A DNA stretch of 64,000 nt from Phoronis australis (lineage: Eukaryota; Animalia; Phoronida), in assembly GCA_002633005.1 (NCBI GenBank), contig NMRA01001047.1, positions 173-64,172 on the forward strand, given 5' to 3'. Every line of letters starts with the position of its first letter. Within the stretch, counting starts at the first letter, position 1. Below, piece by piece: positions 43,201-54,004 of the stretch. A program made the translations under genes and the position numbers. The notes beneath the pieces are model-generated. The model was given only the letters and a program-made list of their open reading frames with translations, did no database searches and had not been told where the DNA came from.

Positions 43201-46200
43201 AACCAGTTACCCTTACAATCTCACGGAAGTCTCGTTTTGTGTGACTATTTTTATGTAAATGAGTATTGTAATATGTTATACTAGTACACACAGTTCTCCA
43301 GAAGACACAAGCTGGCGCTTGCTACAAATTTAAATATTCACGGTTAATTCATAAATTATAAGCGCACTAAACTTATGGTCTTGCTGGACTATACTGAACT
43401 ACACACAATTTGCTTAATTCCTACTTCAGTGCACATATCTTTAATTTGAATTCCCGCAGAATATAGTCGACTATTGTTCACGACATGAAAATGGCTGCCA
43501 ACAACTCTTTAACATATCACAAAAAAATCACCCTTCATTACTATATTACAGTTACAGAAAAAACGCGAACTGATCAATCTTCAATGACTACTCCCTGAGT
43601 CAACGTGTCTACTTACGACAGTTGTCGTGTCCACTCCTTGAAACGTGTCTTCATATATGGCACGTGATCAGGGTTTAGACCTTGTATGACCACCACAGTG
43701 AAGCTCTGTCTCTTCTCCTCCTCTTTAATAATCTTCTGCAGTTGCTCGTCCTCTGACGCAACATGTGAGCAATCGCCAACCTTGATAAACCAAAAGACAG
43801 AAAATTAGGCAACAGCTCACCATACTGCTTTGTAAAGGAATTTTCTGCGTCAGTACAGAACCCGAAATTAAAAAGTTTAGGTTGAATCTACTAATTGAGG
43901 GTGTGGACACTTTTGCATCAGAAATGGCGAAAATGAGGAGCACAACATTTGTCTGGACCATCACACAGGTGGAACTAGCTGTACTTCATATAAGAATACG
44001 CAAATTTCCATAATTTATAAATGGGTTTGGTAGATAGAGACACAAACTGCAATGAAAGCTACCGACACGCACGTACGCACACACACCTGTACACAACATA
44101 CAAACTAGTTGTAGTTCATTTTGAAATAACACTAGACAAAATTCAATAACTATCAAAATTTGCAAAAAGCATTCTCGCCCATTTGCCAACACATTTCTGA
44201 TGTTTGGCATCAACTCGTACAATACCGCAAACGACTAGAACCAAAAAACAATTTGTAGGGCTGCGCAACTTCAGAAATTGCACGGACAATGCAACATTCT
44301 TGAAAGACTGAAATGGTACAGGAAGAAGAGTGCATTCTGGTTAAACGATGATAGGTAACATGAGCAAAATGCAACAGGGTGGTTTTCAACCAATTTACCT
44401 TTCTATTCCTAATGAATCCCTTGTAAATAGACTCTTTGTTCTGCTCCTTCCTCTCAAATTCCTCCTTGGAAATCGACAGTTCGTGGACGTCATTAGAATC
44501 GGCAGTTTTCGTAATCATCTGCAACACATAAAATTACATGGTCCGAAATCAAGAAAGAAACAAATCCAAGCTTAAGACAGTTCTGCATAACCCTGGCTTA
44601 TTAACCTATTGTAATGTTCTTTACCAGATTACACCTGGTGACCAACATGACAGAATACCAAATGCAAAACTCAACACATACAGTCGATATGGAACAAAAA
44701 CATATCAAGTGTCGCTATCATTTTAAATAGAGACCATATGCAAGTTAATTAAGGTTATGCAAGACCCTAGAAAAATGTCAAAATTTGGCTAACTTGGGAA
44801 CATCGTCTCAGAACTGGCTAATAGCGTTCATATGAAACTTTCAGGCAATATGCTATATGCCCTGTTCCCCAAAACCCTACCAAGAATTGTTTTTCTTTTG
44901 AATTTTTAATTTTTGCAAACAAGACTTTCATGATTTTCATGAAAAAAAATCAAAAGTTATATATAACGAAAGAAATTAGAAAACTGCAACCGCGTTTTGG
45001 GGGCTTTCATCTTGAACATTATATCAAGAGAAATTTGGTCACGTTATGGATACCGTTAATTTGCAATCAATGCACCTTTCTTTTCATAAAATTTCACGTA
45101 ACCTAAATAATGGCAGATTGGTAAAAAGTCCAAGACCAAATTCTACAGGCCTTCTACTTCCACAAAATATGTACTTTTAAATTCAACAGTTTTGTACACA
45201 TTTGGCTAAATACAGACTTGTCGATGAGATTCTGCACAACTTTAAGACACATCCTCCATATTCGTTTTCTTAGATCCTCAAACAACCCTTCTGACCACAA
45301 ACCAAACAAGGAGAAAAAATTCCAAATAACGAACTTTCAACATAACATTGATTTTTCAAAATAAACAGAATTTTTTGTATTTTTTGTTGAGTCAGTCCAC
45401 AAGACATTCAACCGAAATGACAATCAAAGTAACACAGATGTAGAAGAAATGACATTTCACAAAATGGAAGTTATCCATGAACTGTATCGCATACGCTGGT
45501 TCACTTACGCTGGTCGAGTTTCCAATGAAGAAAATGGCCTGCTTTCCCCCAACTCCAAAGTAGGAAATGTCGCTGTTGAGTGAACGAGGCATGGGTTTGG
45601 GGGTGTAGCAATGGTCCTCATCAATGCTGCCAACAAACAACACAGATTTTCAGTATGTACAATCCACTGTTCACACGTTCAGTTGCATCAACCCTAATCT
45701 AATCTATCATCACATTATGTTTGGGAATCAATCATCATGCACGGATCATACTGAACGCTTCTTGAGAATGGAGAACTAACATCCTAATTCCTATACATTG
45801 TTAGTAAATCATGACTATTTATAGTACAAAGAGGCACAGTTTCTCAAGACTCTTGCTGTTTATTCTCATGAAATCGAGTCACATAATAATCTTTTATCGA
45901 GACCATTTACAGTAAAATGAGGCACAGCTTCTCACAACAAACAGTGTTGCTGTTTGCTCTCATAAAATCGATCGCATAATATTTGTTACCATGATAGGAT
46001 TCCATTTCCTTTACGTAACAGACTCAAGAAAACGCTTCTGAGGTTACAAAATGGCGAACGTGAAAACCATCAGAGTGACTGAAGAAAACGGTTCAAAAGT
46101 TCCAAAATATCAAGAGACTCAAGAAAACACTTCAGAGTTTTCAGAGGTTACAAAATGGCATATATGAAAACCATCAGAGTGACTCAACAAAACGTTTCAG

Positions 46201-49200
46201 AGGGTACAAAATGGCTCATACAAATACTGCGAGCGACTTCAATTGGTAACAGAAATACAATTCTGTCACAGTAAGATATATCAAGAGGCCAAGTTTATGA
46301 GAGTAAAATGTCCAATTCCATTTTCATGTTTCACTCAACAGCTAAACAAGATGAAACAGAGCTTTAATTAAATGCACAAATACAATCTTGTGGTGTGAAC
46401 ATGACACACTAGTTCATATCTGTAACACAATCTATGTTTGAACGAGCAATACTGTCACACAATAATCATAAATTTATCCATTCTTAATATCAGGGCTTGG
46501 AATGACCAATGGCGAAAAACGCGGACATTTTTACGGCCCGAAACATGTGCGCAGCCAGCCTTGAAAAGAGGTCGGTGTGGACCTTTTGCCAACAAAAATC
46601 AAGAGGACTAAAAAAAAACCTCCGGAAACGTGCGTCTGTCTTAACTCGTCCGCCACTCCCACCTCCAAACATTTTTGACTGCAGAGTCGTAGTATTTGTC
46701 ACCGCGGTTTACAATCACACGAGTCGCCATTCGGGAAATCCGGCCACCACGCTATCCCAATGTTGACAATTTACGTTCCTCCGAAACAAAAAGAGCAACT
46801 TCCTCTTTTCGAGGTGAAAGTCGTCAGCAACGCGGCAATAAGAAAGAAATTTGCTGCGGAAATTTTATATCAAATCCGATTTTTTTTACGAAGAAATATA
46901 ATAACCTACGCGGACAGAACATTTGAAAAAAGCGGAAATCCGCGTTTCCGCGAAAAATTCCAAGCCCTGTAATATGGCTACACCAAAGCCAACCTCCATG
47001 TCCCCTGCATGCAATGTGCCTACCTTGCATTCATCGTTTTCTCCTTCCTCGTAAACTTTGACAAGCGATAGATGGCCCAGTTATTCAACTGTCGAGAGTT
47101 CATCCCCTTTCCGTTGTCCATAATAAAAACACTGCTTTTGGAAGGAGATGCCTCATCTACGTGCTGGAAAACACAATACGACAGACAGCCATTAAAGCAA
47201 CGCATATGTCCCCAACCACATTATTTTTGTTTTGGTTTTGCCAATTTAACTGCAAAGGGGATACCATAGAGTCATATGTGGAGATAGCAACCAATTGTCA
47301 TCCAAAGGTGTTTTACCGATGGTACTAAATGTTGTCAGTTCTGTAAAAGTGACATTATCTACAAGAAAAGTGAATTTGTGAAATCATCCACAAGGTGGCA
47401 CTCCGGTGCTCTGGTGGTGGAGCTAAATCTCATTCCTGAAGTGGCAGAGTACTTTAAGCATATTTAACTGTTGAATTCATCAGCTTTGATTTCAAAAAAT
47501 GACTGGCAGCCAACGATGACAATAGGCGATTTGTACCAACACCACAAAAACACGACAGATTTTGTTGGTTTGCAGCTCTGGTCAAAGCTTGTAACTTCAA
47601 GAACTCGATCATAACAATAATCCCAATAATACCCTTTTCAGCCCTAAAACCGAGAACGTCCCTTTAATGAAATAAGCTCCAACAACTGAAGGACAGCTTG
47701 ATACTCTATTAATACGCAGGTACTTGCCAAAACAATTTCTATCCTTCTCTCTCCTTTATTGTCCACAGTGGCTGCAAGAGCATTGTCTATCAATTCGGCA
47801 AAGGCAAAGGCTGAAAATAATTATACACAGTATTTACACACAGTGGATACAACAAATACAAAGCAAATGGTGTATACATATACAATAAAAGCGGCATAAG
47901 TAGGATCAAATCGGACTCAGAGATTCCATTCGTGTAAAGCAAAATTTGACTGATCTGAAGGGCGAAGTGAATGGCACATTTGACCCAGTTTATGCATACT
48001 GCAATGTGATGTCTCTTCAGTCAATCGCCACACGCATTGCAGAAAATGACATGCATGCACATACTCTTACGACATTCATCTCATGCAGGTTATCAGTTCA
48101 ACACATCGGGGACACCTGGGGCATCGTAACTTTGGACTCTTGCAGTACGTCGTCTTGAGCTAAACTTAGATACATGTTTGAGCCATTTCTACAGAGATTA
48201 GTAATATGATGGGCAGACAGAGTTATAAAAATGCAACAAAAACAGTAATTTTGTAAAAATGAGCCATGCGCTCTCTCCAAATTGAGCAAAAATCCAATTT
48301 AAGAACTCTGACTTAAACAATCAATCCATACCGCGGAACTTTGTCAAAAGACTTGACTTGAGCAAGTTTTACTGTACTAACATACTGGTGTTCTTCTTGT
48401 AAACATAAACAAGCATCCTAGCTCAATGATTTGTATTGGGATTTCTTATTTACAGGGCTTCAAAAAGGTCTCTGCTTTTCAACTACATGCAATTTCACAA
48501 TTCAGTTTTATGATAGATTCTCACTGCTTTTATCTGTGTTCAAGTTCAGCAAACACAATTAGGAGAAAAGATGCCACCAACTTTCCCTCATCAACCATCG
48601 ATAACCTACGTAAGGGGTTCTGTCCTTCCGATGCGTAGTACTCATACATCCCCCCCTTGACTATGGTGTCGTAATGTGGCAGGTAGTTCACTTGCTCCTG
48701 GGCAGGGGCGAACAATTCTTGGTTCACATCTTCCAAGATGTACAACGTCTCGCTGCTGTCGATGAAGTCTGCAAAAATGGCTTGAGTTTATTTTCTCAAC
48801 ATTCAGTACTGTTAATAAGATTACGTAGGATCCTAAAAAAATTTTCAAATTTGTCCACATTTCAGAAACGGCCGAGCAGATTCATACACAAATATAAACG
48901 CCATACATTATGTACTGTTCTCCAAAACTCTCATTAGGAATTGCTTTTAAAATGTTTCACTTTTACATGCTGGCTATCAAAAAATAGGACTTTTATGATT
49001 TTTATGAAAAAAAGATGAAATTTCCGTGAAACGAAACGATAATTAGAAAACTGTAACAGTGTTTTTGAGATTTTCTCTTGAGCACTTATATCATACGAAA
49101 TTTGGTCATGTTATTCATTCTGTTCTTTGCCATGAAAGTATCTCAGTCTCTTTTTCATTAAATTTTGCTAAAAACATCGTCATGTGATCTAACTAGTGGC

Positions 49201-51592
49201 AGGCTTTCAACTTTCAGAATACATATTTTTACTTAGTAGTTTTTTAAAGCTGCTTGGCTAAATAAACAGACTTATCACGTAGGGCCTACATAAGTTTAAC
49301 ATATCTGCAGAGCTTAATACAAAGACAGCCACCGGTGGTGCTACAGGACACCAGTTGATCTTCAATGTCACACATTTCAAAAGGTCCATTACTTTAGGCA
49401 TCAAGACTGAATTGTTGAAAAGAGCAATTGAATCCAACGATGAAGACGTTTGAAAACACATGGAAAAAACAGACCAAGTATCGGCACTAGTCACTTGAAC
49501 CATTACCATGGGAACAACACTGAGATTTATCTTAAATGTAAAAATTATGTGTAATCAAAAGCAAATATTTCCCACTTGTACTTGAACAAAAATCCCAAAA
49601 ATTGTTGACAAATGAAATTGCATTGCATTCGTAAAGTACGAGAAACACAAGATACGATACAAAACAAAAAGGTAACACAAAATATCGTTTTTCCATCATC
49701 AGGTAGTAACTATTATGGCGGTGAAATTCTAACAAAGAAATGGCTCAGCCTCCTTACACTTCTTCTGGTCATTCCCCTTCGTTCTCAGTTATGAGGGAAG
49801 GCTACACTGACGATCGACACAGCTTGCCCGCAGCCTTGCTGTCATGACGAGGAATTTCAGGTTATTCTGTCTTAATACTTTTGGCATATACTGTATATCT
49901 CTAACACACAGCAGTTTACAAAAATACAAACCCCATGTTTCGTCGCTGCAAACCTCTTCCCGGTTTGTCGTTGTAATGACAAATTTGCTTTTGGGATTGA
50001 TTGCCAAGAGCTAAAAAGATAAGGACATGCATGTGAGCAGTTTTTTAGCCAAAGACTTTTACAGTCAGTCAATATTACATGTGCACTGGTATCTCTGTCT
50101 GACACAAACCATACATCCATACATTGCTTAAGAATTAGTGAAAACCAAAGGAAAACATAACAAGTAAGAAATATTGTGAAATGAGATACGGTAATACATA
50201 AAATTTACAAGCATTGAAGTGCGTGAACTTGGAATCTTGCTTCATCTCAAGATTACGTATGTGTGAACATGGAATACACCATGAAACTTAGAAAGTTCAC
50301 TCAAATAATCACGCGCACATTGATAAAAATTTGCACTGCAGTAAAGCAAATTACTTTTGAATCAAGCAATCTAAATTTTGACCAACCACTTTTCAACTAT
50401 TGGCAATCTTGTTCACCAAACAAAAAACTGATTAACCATTTACCCATTCCTCCGATTCTACGGCACAAGTTCCAGTAAAGGAGAAAATTGGTAATCGTGA
50501 GGCCAATAACTGCAAAATTCTTTACAATGAACAAAAAATTCACCTGACTGCCTTAATGAATATTCAATTAAAAGTTTACCCATATGCAATTTTGAGCTTA
50601 AGCAGGATTCCAAGTTCACGAACAGCATCATCATTGCCTGATTGTATTTTTGAGACAAGTCCTCAGGAATATTTTTACAGTTCATGTAGAAAATCGGCAA
50701 GTTATATGGCCAAGGAAATATTCTCAATTTCAACTGTTGAAAAGTACCAGAACGGAGAAGATAACTCCAAGAAAGGGGTTTCTGTTTGATTCAAAACTGA
50801 CTCGACACATTTGCTTAAATTCACTTGCTCTACATTTACTTGTCTGTAATTGACGAAACAGTACAGGATTTTCATTTTTTTCAGCTGTTTTCAATGCAGA
50901 GGAAGATTTCAATTTCAACTTTTATTACTGTTTAAGGAGATTATTCCCTTTAGGCCTATGTGGGGGGTCTAAATTGCACCCTCTCTTGCTAAAATCAGAA
51001 CGAGGAAATGCTGTAAAATTTGAAACATTGAATGCAAATTGTAATGAAATGGAAATTAATTTATCAGATTTTGCTTCAGGAAAGACTTTAAAAACATCAA
51101 ATTTTTAGGTCTGTCCAATTCTTGCAGCCACTGTGTAACCACGAACGTCGTTATGTGCCCATGACATAGAGAAGTGGCATAGTACCTGTAATTTGTAATT
51201 AAGAGCTGAGGTGTTTTTAGCAATCACGTTAATTTTTGTCAGTGAAAACTCGCCTGCTCATAGGCCCGCTTTTGAATACCTTCTAAAAGCAGGGTCACGT
51301 CGAGCGGCTGATGAGAGTGCCTGTTGTGGTACATCACTGTCATCAGGCTAGGGCTAAGCACTAACATGGTGATTGGTGAATGGAATGATGCATGATACAA
51401 AGCACGTGTAATTTCGCGGCCTTTTACACAGCTTACCTCGCAAACGCGACTTTTAAAATCTTCGTAAGTAAAAAGTCCACCAGTCGAAAGCTTTGTGTCA
51501 ACGCGCTTCCCTTTTCTGCGATCGCAAATGAATACAAACCCATCTTCTTCTGTCGTTTCGGGCGAGATAGACCGCTTCATGCGGGACGCCAT
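1257..51592 (-). CDS. SMCHD1: SMCHD1 orthologue (SMC flexible hinge domain-containing protein 1), multi-exon, 3' end not located in window
   Basis: Exons read with splice sites and consistent phase, 5'->3': 51437-51592, 49932-50010, 48610-48768, 47728-47810, 47024-47163, 45509-45626, 44399-44518, 43617-43780, 42671-42761, 41719-41932, 41135-41246, 39754-39813, 39342-39465, 38727-38921, 37984-38204, 37572-37654, 32807-32911, 32221-32298, 31119-31238, 30358-30502, 30036-30135, 29528-29734, 28607-28741, 27596-27755, 24924-25128, 24100-24229, 23745-23825, 23002-23160, 22439-22564, 21504-21583, 20269-20426, 19925-20034, 19007-19141, 18331-18462, 17458-17607, 16114-16246, 7583-7702, 6709-6794, 5603-5722, 4950-5051, 4031-4128, 2937-3043, [missing exon], 1838-2009, 1257-1415. 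Diagnostic peptides: [128 protein letters not shown]. Start taken at ATG 51592 (aaagATGg); an in-frame ATG also exists at 51640. Confidence 0.96.
3854..3927 (+). mobile_element. tRNA-derived SINE head or pseudo-tRNA
   Basis: A box (TAGCTCAGTAG), B box (GGTTCAAATCC) and a pairable acceptor stem GTCTCGA/TCGGGGC, but the anticodon arm is disrupted. Confidence 0.6.
4124..4293 (+). repeat. 92-bp tandem duplication spanning an SMCHD1 splice acceptor
   Basis: ttagcct(a/g)ggtgt..atcagccaatgagacatggtacagccatcaagtcg begins at 4124 and 4216. Confidence 0.9.
5875..5942 (+). repeat. Minisatellite, 4 x 17 bp (GCCCCACCTGGTGGTCA)
   Basis: Three perfect copies and one variant. Confidence 0.95.
6527..6676 (+). 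repeat. (GCACA)n pentanucleotide microsatellite; a smaller one at ~19190-19260
   Basis: Read directly; it generates the spurious CCAVL ORFs in the track. Confidence 0.97.
8395..8555 (+). repeat. Minisatellite, 7 x 23 bp (AAAATGACGTTAAACAGTCCAAC)
   Basis: Six perfect copies and one with a single mismatch, head to tail with no spacers. Confidence 0.97.
10809..14740 (+). CDS. Leucine-rich-repeat protein with a C-terminal ZU5-like domain (PIDD1/DTHD1-related modules), nested antisense in SMCHD1 intron 36
   Basis: Exons 10809-12440 (AAA|gtaagg), 12700-12869 (AT|gtaagt), 13057-13642 (CAG|gtaacc), 13848-14128 (GG|gtatgt) and 14653-14740 (TAG) total 2757 nt = 918 aa with matching phases. About 15 LxxLxLxxNxLxxLP repeats, then a basic and S/H/P/T-rich linker, then [26 protein letters not shown]...[10 protein letters not shown] (ZU5-type). 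AATAAA at 14957 and 15288. Confidence 0.88.
21610..22080 (+). mobile_element. Dispersed non-autonomous repeat; copies also at ~44750-45240 and ~48940-49240
   Basis: Shared blocks gaccctagaaaaatgtc, gtctcagaa.tggct, atgaaactttcag, aattagaaaactg and caggctttc.actt. Confidence 0.65.
25782..27330 (+). repeat. ~248-bp tandem duplication whose second copy is split by the HINE
   Basis: taactagagccaagcactcagttactt at 25782 and 26030; the second copy resumes (taaaatggaaattgaatttaaggatc) at ~27275. Confidence 0.85.
26224..27274 (-). mobile_element. Non-autonomous Helentron-associated element (HINE/DINE-1-like), young-looking
   Basis: Minus-strand layout: ttatgcgccc subterminal IR with hairpin (gcgcccacatatttatatgtggacgc), (GTCC)n-like tract, 145-160-bp internal repeats (gccactag at 26621, 26766, 26927, 27073), then gggcgcat, a palindrome caacgctctgcgttg and ctcttgtt. 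It interrupts one copy of a local duplication. Confidence 0.8.
31398..32053 (-). mobile_element. Older, decayed copy of the same HINE family
   Basis: Ends caagaacaacggagggcgttg and gatgacggcataatgcg-like/ctcctgtataaatacgtggatgcataa resemble the 26224-27274 ends; one ccactagggggc core at ~31995. Confidence 0.6.
33250..33485. mobile_element. Foldback/palindromic MITE; related copy at ~45865-46370
   Basis: Long imperfect inverted repeat centred near 33365 (ccttaccatgacaggattct / agaatcctatcatggtaagg; atttcacc / ggtgaaat). The motifs ttaccatgataggatt and atgagagtaaaa recur in the 46-kb copy. Confidence 0.65.
34759..36331 (+). CDS. Ecdysteroid kinase-like / choline-kinase-like (EcKL, CHK) small-molecule kinase, nested antisense in SMCHD1 intron 16
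   Basis: Exon 1 34759-34906 (AAG|gtaaca) joined to exon 2 35184-36331 (ttttcag|GA) rebuilds the family motif KGENYSS; 431 aa. Also contains [20 protein letters not shown], the Brenner motif [15 protein letters not shown] and DLVTFFY. AATAAA at 36703. Confidence 0.9.
38371..38441 (-). mobile_element. tRNA-derived SINE head
   Basis: Minus strand has an A box TGGTGTTGTGG and a B box GGTTCAAATCC at tRNA-like spacing; no valid cloverleaf. Confidence 0.5.
38952..39176 (+). repeat. Minisatellite, ~5 x 46 bp
   Basis: aaggttctcacca(c/a)caactacagatggcactgaggttggttattgg starting at 38952, 38998, 39044, 39090 and 39136. Confidence 0.95.
40172..40556. mobile_element. Tc1/mariner-type MITE
   Basis: TA|CAGGGTGACCCAAAAATGTACTCTCACTTCA ... 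TGAAGTGTGTGCGCACTTTTGGGACACCCTG|TA: imperfect TIRs with a TA target duplication. Confidence 0.8.
45509..48768 (-). other. SMCHD1: SMCHD1 GHKL ATPase core exons (3-6)
   Basis: Bergerat-fold motifs are intact: motif I AELIDNA (catalytic Glu, Mg-binding Asn), motif II DNGKGM, motif III YFGVGGK. Confidence 0.93.
46491..46969. mobile_element. MITE with 13-bp TIRs and an apparent 6-bp TSD
   Basis: CAGGGCTTGGAAT ... ATTCCAAGCCCTG, flanked on both sides by TAATAT; CpG-rich interior. Decayed relatives at ~32459-32695 and ~30650-30830. Confidence 0.85.
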
Positions 51593-51960
51593 CTTTATTG
51601 ATGCCCCGGATGATAACCGCGGCAGTTGACGAAGCGCCATCTACATCTCCCAGGTAGATGAGCTTCCCGGAAAACGTGTATCAGTGAGTCCAGTCGCGCG
51701 CGAACTGCAAGATCACTCAAGTCTTCACAAGATACCCCCATGCATTACAAGCAAAGCACGTAGTCACAATAGCTCAGTTCCTTCGGTGATATTCCTGCGT
51801 CTACGCAACTCCAGTTTTAAAGCCTACAGCATGGGTGCCGATGTTTCAGTGGGCGGCCGCACCACAAAAGGGGCCAGGGACCCATCAGGCGCGGAGCAGT
51901 TGCCCGCCGCCGGCCGGGGCGCTGATCTTAGCCTTATAGGGGCTAATTTGTTCCTACGGT
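51437..51960 (-). promoter_or_regulatory. GC/CpG-rich first exon and probable promoter region of SMCHD1
   Basis: Local rise in GC and CpG in otherwise AT-rich DNA; YY1-like AAGATGGCG over the ATG, TTCCCGGAA at ~51664 and TCGCGCGCGA at ~51694. Confidence 0.5.
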
Positions 51961-54004
51961 GAAAGACTTTCGAAATGGTTTGAAAGCAATAGCAAGAAAA
52001 CGAAAGTGCAAGATATATGGTTATCTGAGTTGCATTAGTTGCCAGTGCCGGTTAAAACACGAAAACGTGACAGGAGTCAGTCCGTTACCGGGCCAATCAG
52101 AACTTCGAAACCATCAGCGACCCATAATTTAAACACTTGAGAGTTTATTGAGGTTACATGCGCGCATCCAACCTAAAAATGGGGGGGTCAAATTAGTCAA
52201 CACCAAAATTGTAAACTTGAAAAAGCGCCGCATGTACACGTTTAGTACCTAGCTATGACTTAAGATAGTCGCCACAAAAATAGAATCTTGTCACGAATAG
52301 GAATATTTTGAGACCGTTTTTTGACAGTAAAAGGCTCCCTAGTGGGACTCTCTCGGATTTTTCAATTTTCTCGAAGTGTTTTTATGCCCACAGCATAAAA
52401 AGCTTCCAAAACTTGTATTGCTTACCACAGCGCCCCCATCGGCAGCAGTCGACTTAAAAAGTGCTGCACTGAGGGAGTAAATGACTGCGATTAAAAAATA
52501 GACAAGGTGGTCATGAATTGTTTCTTTTACCTAGGTTGTGATGGTAGTGGTATCGGTGGCGTGTGGTGATGTTTCTTTTACCAAAATTGTAACTTTGGTT
52601 TACCAGCCAGGTTTCACTTTATAGGAAATTTTTTGGCTGTTGTAATATAAGTCTGGCGGGGGATTTTCTTTTTTGAAAAGGTCAGCAACTAAAACAAAAC
52701 ACCTTACGTTGAACATAAAAAGGAGCGGTAAATGCAGCAATTCAAAAAAAACGTAAATGTCAAGGGGAAATAACCAGCTCTCTCTCTCTCTCTCCACCAC
52801 AGGCGATTACGTTAGTTTGGCTCTAGCATCCCTCGTAGACTAGTTCCTACGAAAGACTTGACGGCTCTGATCTATTTTGGCTTCAGCTGATTGGTAACAA
52901 AAAGACGTCGATTGCTTGGCAACGAAATGAATAGGTAGGCTCTCTCATCAACTGAAGGACAAAGGATGGTCCCCTCGTTACACTAGTTGCAGTATGTTTA
53001 TATTTTTTTCATTTTTAATTCCACGTAAAAGCNGGGGGAAAATCCCAGCGTAAAAGACAAGACGACATTTAAAATTGGCTTTGAAAGAAGTAAGCGATGA
53101 AATCTCTGTACTCGGCTAAGAAGAGTTCAAATTTCAAAGCGGCTGGGTAACTTTTTAAAGTTTTCTAAGCTGCGCCACACCCAGAAACCGGCGGGATGGC
53201 CGACAAGCGTTCTCTCAAGCAAGGGCATTTCTAACAATAACTCACTGTCTTATTTTAATGTTAGAGTATCACCTACAATCCTTTGTGATTCCTACGGATA
53301 ACGCAGGGCAATGTTTTAACGCACGCAAATCGTCTCCCGAGTTCAAAATAACGCCACTGTCAGAAATGAAGTCAATGTATCACTCCAGTAACCTTCAGGA
53401 TTTATACCGTGGTTATTTACTTGAATATAATGCACGTGCGGAAGTTTATTAGGATTGTTTCTCGATCGCTTTCCGCTATTAACTGTACGGTCGAAGCACA
53501 CATAACTAGTAGAATTAATAACATTCAGTTAGTACTATATGCTTGCGATTCATGGCAATAGGGCCGTCTCGGGTTACACAGTGACACTCGAATCTAGCTG
53601 TATTTACCCACAATGCCGTAAATATTCGTCAGGCACATTTGCTGCCTCGTTTTCGAGCCACTGGAGTTGCACGTGTTATTTGTTGTTGTCTGATTTAACA
53701 AGTTTTTTCTCTATTCGTTCTTTCTATGTTAACGAAGTATTATGTGTTGTGTTGTGGGCTGTAACACCGGCGTGAAAAGGTTTTATAAACTGGATAAATA
53801 CCCGTGGATGCGTGATCTGACATTAATGAGAGACACAAAAATGTGCCTGATTTCAAAAACTAGATCACGCACATTCTTATCTCCATAATAACGACGAATG
53901 AAAGTTATCTATAAATTCATACAAACATCTCCTGTTGAGTGACAATATCTGACGAGTGCAGTTTTCAAATGCATATTCAAATGCTGCCGTTACTGAATGC
54001 CGAA

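Noticed and set aside
50458-51135. Tc1 transposase remnant (IFPWPYNLP resembling WPxxSPDLNPIE, with a TIR-like end near 51100-51135)
   Set aside because: Too degenerate to support, and no matching second terminus was found.
51684-51962. Structured ncRNA (RNase P/MRP, 7SK, telomerase RNA) in the GC-rich block
   Set aside because: No conserved P4 motifs, 7SK GAUC stems or telomere template could be identified.
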